DNA of 64,000 nucleotides, from NCBI RefSeq assembly GCF_032444005.1, contig NC_091284.1, positions 307,768,001 to 307,832,000 on the forward strand, given 5' to 3'. The notes beneath the pieces are model-generated. The model ran no database searches. It saw only the letters and a program-made list of their open reading frames with translations, and was not told the origin of the DNA. Positions 1 to 12,855 of the stretch are shown in pieces. How positions within the stretch are numbered: position 1 is the stretch's first letter; the number at the start of each line of letters is the position of its first letter. The position numbers were made by a program, and so were the translations under genes. Origin of the DNA: Ranitomeya imitator. Lineage: Eukaryota.

Positions 1-595
1 TGGGTAAATGAACCAATATGAAAAATATCCTATTTACAGTAATGAATATGCGGCTCCACCCCTATGGGAGGTGGAGCCGCATATTCATAACTGTAATCGG
101 CGGCCCCACGTGACCGCATACAGTAGAAGGTGCAGCCAGGAGAGGAAGCTGGGTGAGTATTTTCAGAACAGCGGGGGGGCGCACAGGGGGTGGGGACATG
201 GACCTTTATTTTATACACAAAAAACCACAAAAAATGGATTATTCGTATCATCTCTGCTGCACAGAAGATATCAATGGCAGCTTCAGCACCATGTGGGGGG
301 GACAGCGCTTACTGGAGCGCTGTCTCCTGCACGGCACACGGACTGCACACGGACAACGTCCGTGTGCGGTACGTGTTTTACACGGACCCATTGACTTTAA
401 TGGGTCCGTGTAATACGTGCGCTCCCACGAACACTGACATGTCTCCGTGTTTGGCACATGGAGACACGGTCCACAAAAAATCAATGACATCTGCACAGAT
501 GCATTGATTTTAAAGCGTCTACGTGTGTCAGTGGCTCCGGTACGTGAGGAAACTGTCACCTCACGTACCAGAGCCACTGACGTGTGAAACCGGCC
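1..595. mobile_element. Right part of a PIF/Harbinger-type MITE (family A)
   Basis: Ends ...GTGTGAAACCGGCC followed by TAA; internal hairpins; same family at ~26975-29039 (inverted) and ~59010-59535. Confidence 0.75.
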
Positions 596-978
596 TAAGA
601 TTTGATTTTTTGCGTATTTAGTTTTATGTTTGTATGGTCGTCTGGCTGACAGGCATCTCTCCTGACTCCTCCATGCACATGCTTGCAGCCATCACACATG
701 CCTAACAGCGCCTTATTTCCCATGGAACAAAAAGAAAGGCGATTTGAAATAATTGTTTCCACAAACATTTGGTGGAGAAAAATTAATTTGTGACACTGCT
801 ATATACTTTGGATGTTTGTTTGATTCCATGGAAATCTACGGGTTTGGCTGTCATTTGCCAATGTCTATGTCCAGGTTAAGTTAAGCGTGAAGCTGTTGTC
901 AGTTTGTATCAGTGTTCATCTTGTGGACAAGTATTGTACTTAATGGTTCCCTCTCTGTTTGTGTCTTCTCATTTGTAG

Positions 979-1065
979 CATGCAGCAACATTGGAGCAAA
1001 AGCAAAATGACACCGAGAATAAGAAAGTTCATGGTGAAGTGGTGAAATATGGCAGTGTAATCCAG
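979..1065 (+). CDS. ITPR3: ITPR3 coding exon (human-equivalent exon 4), 87 bp, phase 0/0
   Basis: AG at 977-978, GT at 1066; translates [29 protein letters not shown], matching remembered ITPR3 [29 protein letters not shown] rather than ITPR1/2. Confidence 0.97.
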
Positions 1066-1561
1066 GTAGGCACAGTCCCATGTAGTTTTACAGAGCTCAG
1101 TACATTGATTGTGTAAAGAAATTGTCTACGAGGACAACCCTCATATACGTGAAGTTGCAATATCATTTTTTATTCTTTTTCTCTAAAAAGGATTTAACTG
1201 TATATCCCTAGTGGAACCATATTTTTAGCAACAAGGGCTTGGGAGTGTTTGTCTTCTTATTTTACCCATACCCACGCACATCCGGCATGCTTGAGCACTT
1301 CGGTAGCAGATATCTCTCATCAGTAGCAGATATATCTCGATTCAATTCAGAATAAAAGGATTGTGCATGTTGAAATTACTTTTTTCTCTTTAACATTTGG
1401 TATCGGGAGAGAGTGGGGACATGCCATGTCAATTAAATGGTAGAATCGTGGGTTTGGCTGGCATTCATTATAATGGTATATTACCCTAAGATCCCTTAAT
1501 ATACGGTACGTATGGTATGGTCTGTCTACCATTTCCTTTTTTATTCCTTACTTTATTATAG

Positions 1562-1720
1562 CTGCTTCATATGAAAAGTAACAAGTACCTCACTGTGAAT
1601 AAACGCCTTCCTGCGCTGCTGGAAAAGAATGCCATGCGTGTTACACTTGATGCAACTGGAAATGAGGGGTCCTGGCTCTTTATCCAACCCTTTTGGAAAC
1701 TGCGCAGTAATGGAGACAAT
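1562..1720 (+). CDS. ITPR3: ITPR3 exon 5, 159 bp
   Basis: AG 1560-1561, GTAAGG 1721; [53 protein letters not shown], with type-3-diagnostic residues (LDATG, WLFIQ, SNGDN). Confidence 0.98.
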
Positions 1721-2045
1721 GTAAGGAAATCTATGAAGCGTTCAAGGGGCTAAGCTAATTGCAAAGTAAAGTTGACAGCAAAGGACACTTGCAGCATGTT
1801 AAAAATATGAATCCCATCCAAACCTCAAAATATTGAGGTAAAATACTTTATTCTCCGATTTTACTTCAGTGATGAAGTCTTTTTCCATTTACTGTGCTAC
1901 TGTCCTTCTGTCTACTGGGAGAGGTGATGGATTCTCCTTCCTGTTGATTGAATACCTGTGAAAAGATCATTTTAGACTTAAAGAGAAAGACTTGTAAGGA
2001 AAAGTACAGTAAATTAGGTTAAACAATCGATTATTTTATTCGACG

Positions 2046-2645
2046 TCACAAATTATTATGCAAATGCTATTTTTCTCATATTCCTAAGTAGTCTTTGCAA
2101 ATAAGTCAGCATAATGTTCAAATCATCAACCATTAGAGTAAAAACTAATTTTATTGGACAAACCTCCCAATGATAATAGTATTTTTTCAAAACTTAAAAA
2201 CCTCAAAATGCACAATTACAAATTATTTTGCACAACAGAGTTTCCAAACATTTTATAGGTTGTAAAGAACTGAAATTCGTTGAATTTGCAGCATTAAGAA
2301 ATTACTGAAATCAAAAGCTTTTTCAATGAAAAACATTTTAACAGGCCAAGTTACATGTTAACATAGGAACCCTTCTTTGATCTCACCTTCACAATTCGTG
2401 TATCCATATCCAACTTGTGGGTTTTTTAAGAGTTTCTGCTTGTATTTCTTTGCATGAAGTCAGAATAGCCTCCCAGAGCTGCTGTTTTGATGTGAACTGC
2501 CTCCCACCCTCATAGACCTTTTGCTTGATGATACTCCAAAGGTTCTCTATAGGGCTGAGGTCAGGGGAAGATGGCGGCCACACCATGAGTTTATCTCCTT
2601 TTATGTCCATAGCAGCCAATGACTCTCAGGTATTCTTTGCAGCAT
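2046..2645 (-). mobile_element. Decayed Tc1-like transposon fragment (transposase C-terminus plus 3' end)
   Basis: ORF 2389-2619(-) contains WPPSSPDLSPIENLW, the Tc1 catalytic-Glu motif; boundaries approximate. Confidence 0.85.
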
Positions 2646-4081
2646 GAGCATCATATTCACCTACCTGCGCGAACTCGGTGCTGCCACAGTATTTTGTTCT
2701 TGTGCTCAGCGGTCACGTGCTACCGTTCATTAAGGTGATAAATATGGACGTTTCTCCACTCTAGGTGGAGCACATATTCATCACCTTAATGAGCGGTACC
2801 ACGTGACCGCTAAGCACAGGAAGAGCTGCAGGAAGGCGCCGGCGGACGGAAAGAGATGCAGTGCCAGCACCCAGGCTGCGCAGGTAGGGTGAGTATGATG
2901 TTTTGTTTTGGAAACATGCACACAGGGAAAGGGGATAAGGAGGCATGCATACAGGGACGGAAATGAGAGGCATGCATACAGGGATGGAACGGGGGAGGCA
3001 TTCATACCAGGACAGGAAAGGGGGAGGCATGCATACAGGGACTGAACGGGGGAAGCATGTATACACTGACGGGGAGGCATGCATACATGGACGGAACAGA
3101 GGAGGCATGCATACCAGAACAGGAAAGGGGGAGGCATGCAGACAATGACAGGGACACGGACGGGGAGGCATTCATAACAGGACTGGGAAGGGGGAGGCAT
3201 GCAGACAATGACAGGCACAGGGGAGGCATGCAGGCAGGGATACGGACGGGGAGGCATTCATAACAGGACTGAGAAGGGGGAGGCATGCATACAGGGACTG
3301 AACTGGGGAGGCATGCATACAGGGACGGAATGGGGGAGGCATTCATACCAGGACAGGGAAGGGGGAGGCATGCATACAGGGACGGAACGGAGGAGGCATG
3401 CATACAGGGACGGAACGGGGGAGTCATTCATACCAGGACATGGAAGGGGGAGACATGCATACAGGGACCGAACGGGGGAGACATGTATACAGGGATGGGG
3501 AGGCATGCATACAGGGACGGAACAGAGGAGGCATGCATACAGGGACTGAACGGGGGAGACATGTATACAGTGATGGGGAGGCATGCATACAGGGACGGAA
3601 CGTGGGAGGCATTCATACCAGGACAGGGAAGGGAGAGGCATGAATACAATGACAGGAACAGGGGGGCATGCATGCAGGGATGGGGAGGCATTCATAACAG
3701 GACAGGGAAGGGGGAGGCATGCATACAGGGACGGAACTGGGGAGGCATTCATACCAGGACAGGGACAGAGGGAGGTATGCATATGCATACAGGGACGGAA
3801 TGGAGGAGGCAAGCATACAGAGACGGAACGGGGGAGGCATTCATACCAGGATAGGGAAAGGGGAGGCATGCATACAGGGACTGAACGGGGGAGGCATGCA
3901 TACAATGACAGGGACAGGGGAGGCATGCAGATGGGGACGGGGAAGCATTCATACCAGGACAGGGAAGGGGGAGCCATGCATACCCGGCTTATACTTGAGT
4001 CAATAAGCTTACCCAGTTTTCCGTGGCAAAAGTAGGTGCCTCGGCTAATACTCAGGTCGGCTTATACTCGAGTATATACGG
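2646..4081. mobile_element. Tc2/pogo-type non-autonomous element (right end) carrying a minisatellite
   Basis: Terminates ...CTTATACTCGAGTATATACGG|TA, i.e. a CCGTATAT-type TIR with TA flank; left end absent, abuts the Tc1 fragment. Confidence 0.6.
2931..3985. repeat. G-rich minisatellite, ~28-29-bp unit (GGGGGAGGCATGCATACAGGGACGGAAC and variants), roughly 35 copies
   Basis: Direct reading; explains all repetitive ORFs at 2761-4035. Confidence 0.95.
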
Positions 4082-4289
4082 TAATGTATTTTGTGGACCA
4101 CATATACTGTATTATGCACTTTACTTTTGGGGATATAAGATGCACCTTTTAGCAAGAAAATATAGTGTCAACTATGTAGCCTATGTTATTTACTTGTACT
4201 ATTAATATTTATTTATTTTCTTACTACAGTGTGTTTGCTTACTTTGTTTTTAAGAAAAAATCTTGCTAACAAAAGTGTGCCTCTTATTA

Positions 4290-4750
4290 CAGAGGCAGCT
4301 TCCTATGTGTGTTGATGTAAGTGTTTGGTGTGTACATATTGGTGGATATAACTGATCTATGTGTGGCGGTGTAGCTGAGCTTTATGTGTTAATGTAGCTG
4401 TGCTCTTTGCGTGTGGACTTAGCTAGGTATATGTGTTGACCTACTAGAGTTGTGTGTGCACGCATTTAGTAGAACTGCTTGTGTGTACATGTGTAGCAGA
4501 GTTCTGTGTGTAGCAAAGTGTGTGTAGCAGAAGAGGATATGGGTGTGTTTGTAACAGAGCTGTATGTGTATGTAGCAAAACTGTGTATATGTAGCAGAGC
4601 TGTGTATGCACATGTAGCAAAGCAATGTGTGTGTATATAGTCGAAATGTATGTGTATATACAGCAGAACTGAGTATGAATGTAGTGTGCATGTAGCAGTG
4701 CTGTGTATATGTGTGCACTGCAGAGAATATACATAATGTGTGTGCTGTAA
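4290..4750. repeat. Degenerate TG-rich low-complexity tract (TGTGTAGCAG-like units)
   Basis: Direct reading; followed at ~4900-4944 by a degenerate Tc2-like end (...AAAAAATACTG|TA). Confidence 0.75.
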
Positions 4751-4992
4751 AACTATATGCGATCTACTACCTCTCTATTCTACCATAGTGCATTTCAATG
4801 AATGATATTTTCCTTACCCCTCCTCTTATTTATACCTCCCGAGAAATTTAATTAATAGGAAGTATGTTTTTCCTTTTTTCTGCTTTCTAAACCTGGGGTG
4901 TGTCTTTTTAGTAAGATGGATCCTAAAGTCAAAAAAATACTGTATATATTTCTGTGTACTGAATATGAAATAAAAATGCACCCCTCTTATAG

Positions 4993-5091
4993 GTGGTTGT
5001 TGGTGATAAGGTAAATCTTAACCCTGTGAATGCTGGGCAACCCCTACACGCCAGTAACTATGAACTCAGTGATAACCCAGGCTGCAAGGAG
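4993..5091 (+). CDS. ITPR3: ITPR3 exon 6, 99 bp
   Basis: AG 4991-4992, GTAAGA 5092; [33 protein letters not shown] (not in the ORF track). Confidence 0.96.
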
Positions 5092-6587
5092 GTAAGAACA
5101 ATAGATGGCTGGGCTTCTACTCTGTTTCGACATGTACACATCTAATAACTTGGAAGATGCAATTGTTTCCTATTCATTATTGTTCAGTGAATGATTATAA
5201 AGCAAAATGTTTTTGTCTTGTAATTTCAATGTGACTATAATTTTTTATTAATTAAGCTTTCTTGATTTCCCAGATTTCGTTTGTGTCTAGTGAAGTCTGG
5301 CGAACTAACAGTTGCAGATATACATTTTAATTTGCATATTTAAAGAAAATAAAACTCTGTTGTTACTTCCGCCTTATAATCTGAATTTTGGGATGGTTCA
5401 CTGACTACGTTATGGAAACTGAGTATTCAAGAAAGCTCTGTAGTTGGTTTTCTAATGCTGAAATATATTTGTATTTTCAATGTAAATGTGGGTGTTCATT
5501 ATAGGCATTTTCCTCTTATGAGGGTGCAAAGCAAGCTGTGACAAAAATGGCACGTGTAAATCTATCACCTATATATATTCTGTTTTTCTGACAGCCTGTT
5601 AGACCTACATTTTTATTAGTTTAATTTATGTATGTAGCAGTTTATGGCATGTCTTAGGCAAATTTAAAATGAGCATTCAACATATGGGAATTTAACACAT
5701 TTAAACAATGTTTTGCAGCGCAGCGACAGAATTCTGCTGGTGTATGGCAAGGTTACATGATTGTTTTTTAATTCTCTTTAATACCCCTCACTGCTTGTCT
5801 GGAGACAAGACAAAGTTGTCAGTATTCACTTATGTTCTGAGGGAAGCTTGTAGTGGCAGTGCAGTGAGATCAGGCAAATTGGGCACAACATACATGTGTG
5901 ATTACTGAAATTTTTGTCTCATCTCCAGACAGCCAGTGTGGGGGTAGTAAAGCAGAGATGACAGTGTTAAGAGGAGGACGGTTGATAAAATAATTTGTAA
6001 TGTGACACATCTAAACTCAGCTGTGCTGTTACTCCTCCCACACTGACTGCCAGGAGATTAAAGTTCAAAAATGTGAAGAATCACACTCATGCCTGCTATA
6101 CTCACAGCAACAGCAAGTTTTAATGGCTTTGCAGTAAGATCAGGGGTGTCATTATATGCCTCACAGTGAGAAACCTTTTCTTAGCTATGATGAGGGCATG
6201 TTCTTCTTTCTCGAGTGTTGCTGCCTGCTTATGATTGGTCAACATATTAGAGGGTGAAGAAGTACATGCCTAAAGTGAAAGCTATCTGATGACAATCACT
6301 TGTTCTTAAAAAAAAATCTTACTACCAAATACTCTGATTGGAGAGGACAAAATAAACAAAAAACATGTTTTATCCTGTTCTGCAACCACAATTACATTGT
6401 GTGTTCATTTGTCCAGTTCAAGATAAAAATTTGATGAAAGATCCTCTTTAAGGTCACAGGTATAGTGGTCCCTAAAGGGGATGTCTAAATAAAAAAAATA
6501 ACTTTAGATGTGTTCCTAATATAAATGCATACAACTTTGTAATGTATTTCAATTTACAAAAGAGTCCAAGGCTTTAGTTGCTACTAG

Positions 6588-6863
6588 TAGTGATGAGCGA
6601 GTATACTCATTACTCGAGATTTCCCGAGCATGCTCGGGTGTCCTCAGAGTATTTTTTAGTGCTCGGAGATTGTTTTCATCGCCGCAGCTGAATGATTTAC
6701 ATCTGTTAGCCAGCATAAGTACATGTGGGGGTTGCCTGGTTGCTAGGGAATCCCTACATGTAATCAAGCTGGCTAAGAGATGTAAATCATTCAGCTGAGG
6801 TGAGGAAAACTAAATCTCCGAGCACTAAAAAATACTCGGAGGACCCCCGAGTGCTCATCACTA
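6588..6863. mobile_element. hAT-type palindromic MITE, 276 bp
   Basis: TIR TAGTGATGAGC...GCTCATCACTA; perfect 8-bp TSD GCTACTAG at 6580-6587 and 6864-6871. Confidence 0.92.
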
Positions 6864-6989
6864 GCTACTAGTGGTCTCAGCAGCTCCACTTCCAGTTTGG
6901 GATTAGCACAGGAGAGGCTTTCCTGTGTTAGCATCTCATCAATGCTGTGTGTAGAGAGAACTGGCTGAATTACTAATTTCAATAGCTAA

Positions 6990-7716
6990 AGGTACCGTCA
7001 CACTGAACGATATCGCTAGCGATCCGTGACGTTGCAGCGTCCTTGCTAGTGATATCGTTCAGTTTGACAGGCAGCAGCGATCAGGATCCTGCTGTGCCAT
7101 CGTTGGTCGGTGCAGAAAGTCCAGAACTTTATTTCTTCGCTGGACCTCCTGCAGACATCGCTGAATCGGCGTGTGTGACGCCGATTCAGCGATGTCTTCA
7201 CTGGTAACCAGGGTAAACATCGGGTTACTAAGCGCAGGGCCGCGCTTAGTAACCCAATGTTTACCCTGGTTACCAGCGTAAACGTGAAAAAAAACAAACA
7301 CTACATACTTACCTTCCGCTGTCTGTCCTCCGGCGCTGTGCTTCTCTGCACTGACTGTGAGCGCCAGCCAGCCGGAAAGCACAGCTGTGACGTCACCGCT
7401 GTGCTTTCCGGCTGGCGCTCACAGTCAGTGCAGAGAAGCACAGCGCCGGAGGACAGACAGCGGAAGGTAAGTATGTAGTGTTTGTTTTTTTTTCACGTTT
7501 ACGCTGGTAACCAGGGTAAACATCGGGTTACTAAGCGTGGCCCTGCGCTTAGTAACCCGATGTTTACCCTGGTTACCAGGGGACCGGCATCGTTGGTCGC
7601 TGGAGAGCTGTCTGTGTGACAGCTCTCCAGCGACCAAACAGCGACGAAACAGCGACGCTGCAGCGATTGGGATCATTGTCTGGATCGTTGCAGCATCGCT
7701 TAATGTGACGGTACCT
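6990..7716. mobile_element. PIF/Harbinger-type MITE (family B) with internal ~70-bp palindromes
   Basis: TIR AGGTACCGTCACA...TGTGACGGTACCT; 3-bp TSD TAA on both sides. Confidence 0.9.
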
Positions 7717-8220
7717 TAAGCCAGACCCCTTTTTGTGTATACATTGTCTTTGACAAAGTAAGCGGACTGCCTTAGCCATTGATATGACCAGTAAGATAGC
7801 ATTCTTCACACAAAGCATTGATGATCGTTCTTTGGTGTTGAGGACAGAACAATTAGTTTTCTAGCATTTTGTTATACATTTATTTGGTCCCTGACCTTTG
7901 CTAATAAATTAGACGCTGTGGTCTTTATTGACCACCGGCTTTAGGTGATTAAAGGGAGGGCCAGGTTATCTCTGATCCTGACAGTTTTAACAAAGTGTAA
8001 GCTGTAAAATACATTGCTGATGGCACAGGCAAAAGCCCCATGTGCCCACATCATGCCTGCATCACCCCAGCAGTGTAAGTGAACAGTGTGTTTCATAAAT
8101 AGGCCATCATGTTCTCCTGATGAGTGCGTTGTCATTTCACAAATGGCACAGAACATGCTACCATTTGAACAGTAAGACTGTAGTGTACCCAAGAATTTCA
8201 TTGGAATTACTCTGTTTTAG

Positions 8221-8304
8221 GTGAACTCCTTAAATTCTAACACCAGCTGGAAGATCAATCTTTTCATGCAATACAAAGACTACATGGAGGATGCCCTGAA
8301 AGGG
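8221..8304 (+). CDS. ITPR3: ITPR3 exon 7, 84 bp
   Basis: AG 8219-8220, GTGAGA 8305; VNSLNSNTSWKINLFMQYKDYMEDALKG. Confidence 0.96.
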
Positions 8305-9365
8305 GTGAGAACAAATATTCCTCTTCTTTAATTGATTATTAGATGTGTAGTAATGGATAACTGCTATATTAGTCACACTTTTTGTGTCATTAGACTCTGC
8401 AGTCACATGTCACATTACCTACAGTCATATGTCACTAACTTACAGATGGTATGGCAGATGGATTCTGGGGTCAGACTACACACAGGGTTTGTTTGTAGCC
8501 TGTAAATATGGGGACACGTTGCTCTGCAGTTACTTAAATTATTTGCCAAGTTTCTTTTTTTTTTAGTTTTCATTTTTTTATTTTAGATATATTGAAGCAA
8601 TAAGATTGAAAAAGAGTACTTAATTTAGGTTTAAAAGGTACAAGGAAATGGATTTTTAATGGGTGCTCCTATTTTCAGATATTTTACCTGCTTGGACCTA
8701 TTGCAGTTTTTTTTACCCAAGCTGATGCAATAAAAGCCAGGAGCTCCTGAGGGGTTTGCATGGAAAGTTGTTCAGGAAATGTAAGGGTTATTTGTTGGAC
8801 AGCTCATCAGATTGGTGCAGGTCCAACACCCAGCACCCCCATTTATCAGCTTCCATTCACTTTCTATTGAAGTGAGCTGTATTACCTGAGAATGGCTCTA
8901 CAAAGTTTACAGAGCTCTGATGTCCTGGCTCTGTACACTGGGTACTTGTAGTCTCCATGGGACCTGCAAACAGTTGGTGTTCAACTCCTACTGATCTGAT
9001 ATCAATGACCTATGCAATCCATGATAAAGTGGAACATTGTCACCACCTTTTTACAGTATATTGTATTTTTTTTTCATTGAAATCTGTGAGTGGTAGATTA
9101 AAAACTGATAAAATTATTGACATTTGACACTTTCTATCTAAGTTGCAAAACAAAATAAAATAATTGAAAAAGATGCATGTGTGATAATAATTTGCCCATT
9201 CTCCTAAGCACATAGTGAAGGCTCCACATTGTTTTTTCATTTGCACAAATGCTCCAAGATGCACCATAAATAAGTTATGTTTGTGCACTAGCTTTGTACG
9301 TCTTGTCTGTTTTTGCTGCATATATTACTTTGGCTAATATACTCATTTGTGTGTAATTTTCATAG

Positions 9366-9512
9366 GGGGATGTGGTTCGTCTTTTTCATGCCGAGCAAGA
9401 GAAGTTTCTTACATGTGATGAATATAAGGCTCGGCATCATGTATTCCTGCGTACCACCCTGCGCCAGTCCGCCACTTCAGCTACCAGTTCCAACGCACTT
9501 TGGGAGGTGGAG
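9366..9512 (+). CDS. ITPR3: ITPR3 exon 8, 147 bp, containing the IP3-contacting RTTLR motif
   Basis: AG 9364-9365, GTGAGA 9513; [49 protein letters not shown]. Confidence 0.98.
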
Positions 9513-9784
9513 GTGAGAAGCTCTTTGCCATTTTTGTCTTGTTATAAAATGTGGGTTGTGTCCTTCTAACAATCCCCTTTTGATAATAGAGCTCCCTAAA
9601 ATAACATGATGACAGGCTGTCCAGCATCTGGGGGCCACAGCCATTACCTATAATAGACAGATTTTTTTTTAATGACATCAAGGCCTAATTAATGGGGTAC
9701 TTGTCGATGTACACAGCTACATATAGTTAACGATTAACTTTTTGATGTTTTCCATTCTATTTTGCTTCTTTTTTTTTATTAAAG

Positions 9785-9880
9785 GTGGTACATCATGATC
9801 CTTGCAGAGGGGGTGCTGGCCACTGGAACAGTTTATATAGATTTAAACACCTTGCAACTGGAAACTACCTTGCCGCAGAA
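9785..9880 (+). CDS. ITPR3: ITPR3 exon 9, 96 bp
   Basis: AG 9783-9784, GTAAGT 9881; [32 protein letters not shown]. Confidence 0.98.
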
Positions 9881-10962
9881 GTAAGTTTGGGGCATTATAT
9901 TGAAATATTTGATGGCTTATCTATGCAACTATATGGTGATTGTATTTTGATAGCTAATGCTGTAGTTAATGTTTAATTTGACCATAGGCATCATGGTGTG
10001 GGGCATAGAAAAGCTTTGTCATGCTCTACTTTTGCACAACCCATTCACTGCTGCTCATTTTCTGAGTAAATGTGGCAGTGCTCCTCATGCTATCTGTAGA
10101 TGATAGCTAATTATCCCATTGTGTATTTTATTCTAACATTGTTGACGTGATAAGAGCAGTGGTTTCTCCTACATTAATTTCCATAGCTATTGGGAAAGGT
10201 ACGTATAATGTGGTCAGTTCGGTTTTCTGCACAATAAGCTATGCGGAATAGTGTCCTTAATCTAAAGTACAGCACTTTGGCATTCAGACACCAGACTGAG
10301 AAGCGTTCTATTTTTACAATAGTCAGTTTGCATTTGCAAGAAGCCAGTTTTAGGTGGTAATCCAGGTATTTGGACTTGTCTCGCTTTGACTGTACTGAAA
10401 TTACTCAGCTCTGTAAAAGGGGCCATCATTAGCTGTAGATGTGAGTAGTGAGAGCCAATCTGTCTAGATAGGAGCCGTGACATCACTGTAATTTACACAC
10501 ATTTGACAAATACTTATAGAGATATGGAACACATTTCCAGCACAGAACCTCATATCTTAGGAAAAGGTGTGTCTCTGTTTATGGGGATTCAGTGCGATAA
10601 GGGGCATGAAAGAACATGTATGCCCGTGTTTAGTACAGCGTCTCGTAGGTGTGTTTTATGTGCAGTTTTCAGCTGCTTATCTCAGTTAGAACAATAAATA
10701 ATATATTAATAATGCAGTCCTCGGCTGTTACAGGTCTTCTGAAGAGTATGATGTAGGATACGCTTATTCCTCATGCTGTCCGTGTCCATAGCACAACCGT
10801 GCAGGAACCAATGTGCGCCAATGTGCAAGTGCACACTGTAATTTTCACCCTGACCACACCACGGTTCTGTGGGAAAAAAGCCGCAGCATGCTGTGGTCTG
10901 TTCCGATTTACTGACCAGGCTAGTGCATGTAAATAGCCGGCATCTGCTGCACCCGTCTGCTG

Positions 10963-12200
10963 CACTGTGTACAGAATTATTAAGCAAGTTGTATTTTAGA
11001 GGATTATTTTTATTATTGCTCAACAACTATATTCTCAATCAACCCAAAAGACTCATAAATATCAAAGCTTAATATTTTTGGATGTTGGAGTGGTTATTTT
11101 TTTGATTTGGCTATCTTAGGAGGATATTTGATTGTGCAGGTAACTATAACTGTGCAGAATTGTTAGGCAACGTAATAAAAAACAAATATATTCCCATCTC
11201 ACTTGTTTATTTTCACCAGGTAAACCAATATAACTGCACAAAATTTAGAAATAAACATTCCTGACATGCAAAAACAACCCCCCCCCCCAAAAAAAAAAAA
11301 AAAATAGTGACCAATATAGCCACCTTTCTTTATGATGGCACTCAACAGCCTTCCATCCATAGATTCTGTCAGTTGCTTTCTGTTTGCAATCAACATTTTG
11401 TGCAGCAGCCACCACAGCCTCCGAGACACTGTTCCGAGAGATGTACTGTTTTCCGTCCATGTAGATCTCACATTTTATGAGGGACCACAGGTTCTTTATC
11501 GGGTTCAGATCAGGTGAACAAAGGGGCCATGTCAGTATTTTTTCTTCTTTGAGACATTTACTGGCCAGCCACGCTGTGGAGTTTTTGGGAGGCATGTGAT
11601 GGAGCATTGTCCTGCATGAAAATCATGTTTTTCTTGAATGATACAGACTTCTTCCTGTACCACTGCTTGAAGAAGTTGTCTTCCAGAAACTGGCAATAAG
11701 TCTGGGAGTTGAGCTTCACTCCATCCTCAACCCGAAAAGGTCCCACAAGTTCATCTTTGATGATACCAGCCCATACCAGTACCCCACCTCCAACTTGCTG
11801 GCGTCTGAGTCGGAGTGGAGCTCTCTGCCCTTTACTGATCCAGCCTCTGGCCCATCAAGAGTCACTCTCATTTCATCAGTCCATAAAACCTTTGAAAAGT
11901 CAGTCTTAAGATATTTCTTGGCCCAGGCTTGACGTTTTATCTTATGTTTCTTGTTCAAAGGTGGTTGTTTTTCAGCCTTACTTACTTTGGCCATGTCCCT
12001 GAGTATTGCACACCTTGTGCTTTTTGTTACTCCAGTAACGTTGCAGCTCTGAAAAATGGCAAAGCTGGTGGCAAATGGCAGCTTCACGCTTGATTTTCCT
12101 CAATTCATGGGCAGTTATTTTGCACCTTTTTTGCCCAACACGCTTCTTGCGACCCTGTTGGCTATTTGCCATGAAACGCTTGATTGTTCGGTGATCACGC
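10963..12200 (-). mobile_element. Frameshifted Tc1-like transposon, cut at its 5' side by the ERV
   Basis: Fragments with WTDEMRVTLDGP, FMQDNAPSH and WPLCSPDLNPIKNLW across ORFs 11245-12172(-); TIR-like CACTGTGTACAGAATTATT at 10963. Confidence 0.9.
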
Positions 12201-12706
12201 TGTTATGGAAATCTGGTTTGGGATGAATCTATCCCCGTATGTGCTGCGGTCGTTCCCAATTATCAGATCAGATATGTTGAGCGCTCAAGAAAGAATGAGT
12301 CTGACATGAAAGTGACAGTATAACATTCCATTCAGATCTCCTGGTTTATTCTTTGATACATAGTTTTATAGATGCGTATAAAAAGGTGGTGGTTAGTAAA
12401 TTAACATAAAATTTAGCTATTATTTCATTGGCTGACTGAGTACATAATATATTTAACTGAGTACATGGCATATTCTGACTAAAGTCTTACCTAACAAGCT
12501 GATTTAGCACTCTTGGAAGCATCTGTCACCCTTGTCCTGCTATTTCAGCAAGATTTAGCGATATTCTTAGACATCAGTTCAGGACATCTGGCCTAAGTTC
12601 CTGTTTTAGGGTGCCTGGAAAGTACCAAGGAACCATCTGGCCTAGCTCATGTGGTTAAGTTGAGCAATTGATTATAAACTATCTGAGTGTAATAAATATA
12701 TATATA

Positions 12707-12757
<51 letters not shown>

Positions 12758-12855
12758 CTTTTATGTGAGTATATATATTGCTTTTATGTGAGTATATATG
12801 ATTAAAGGAGTATACATGCAAGTGAGATCTATTTGATATATATATTTCTATCACA
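12201..12855 (-). mobile_element. 3' LTR of a class I ERV (655 bp, TG...CA, contains a (TA)n tract)
   Basis: Minus strand TGTGATAG...ATAACA, preceded by a polypurine tract AAGGGGGGAT (12856-12865); AATAAA on minus near 12344-12349. Confidence 0.88.

Noticed and set aside
2761-4035. Many long ORFs (up to 239 aa) on both strands
   Set aside because: Translations of a ~28-bp minisatellite; no domain, splice context or start evidence
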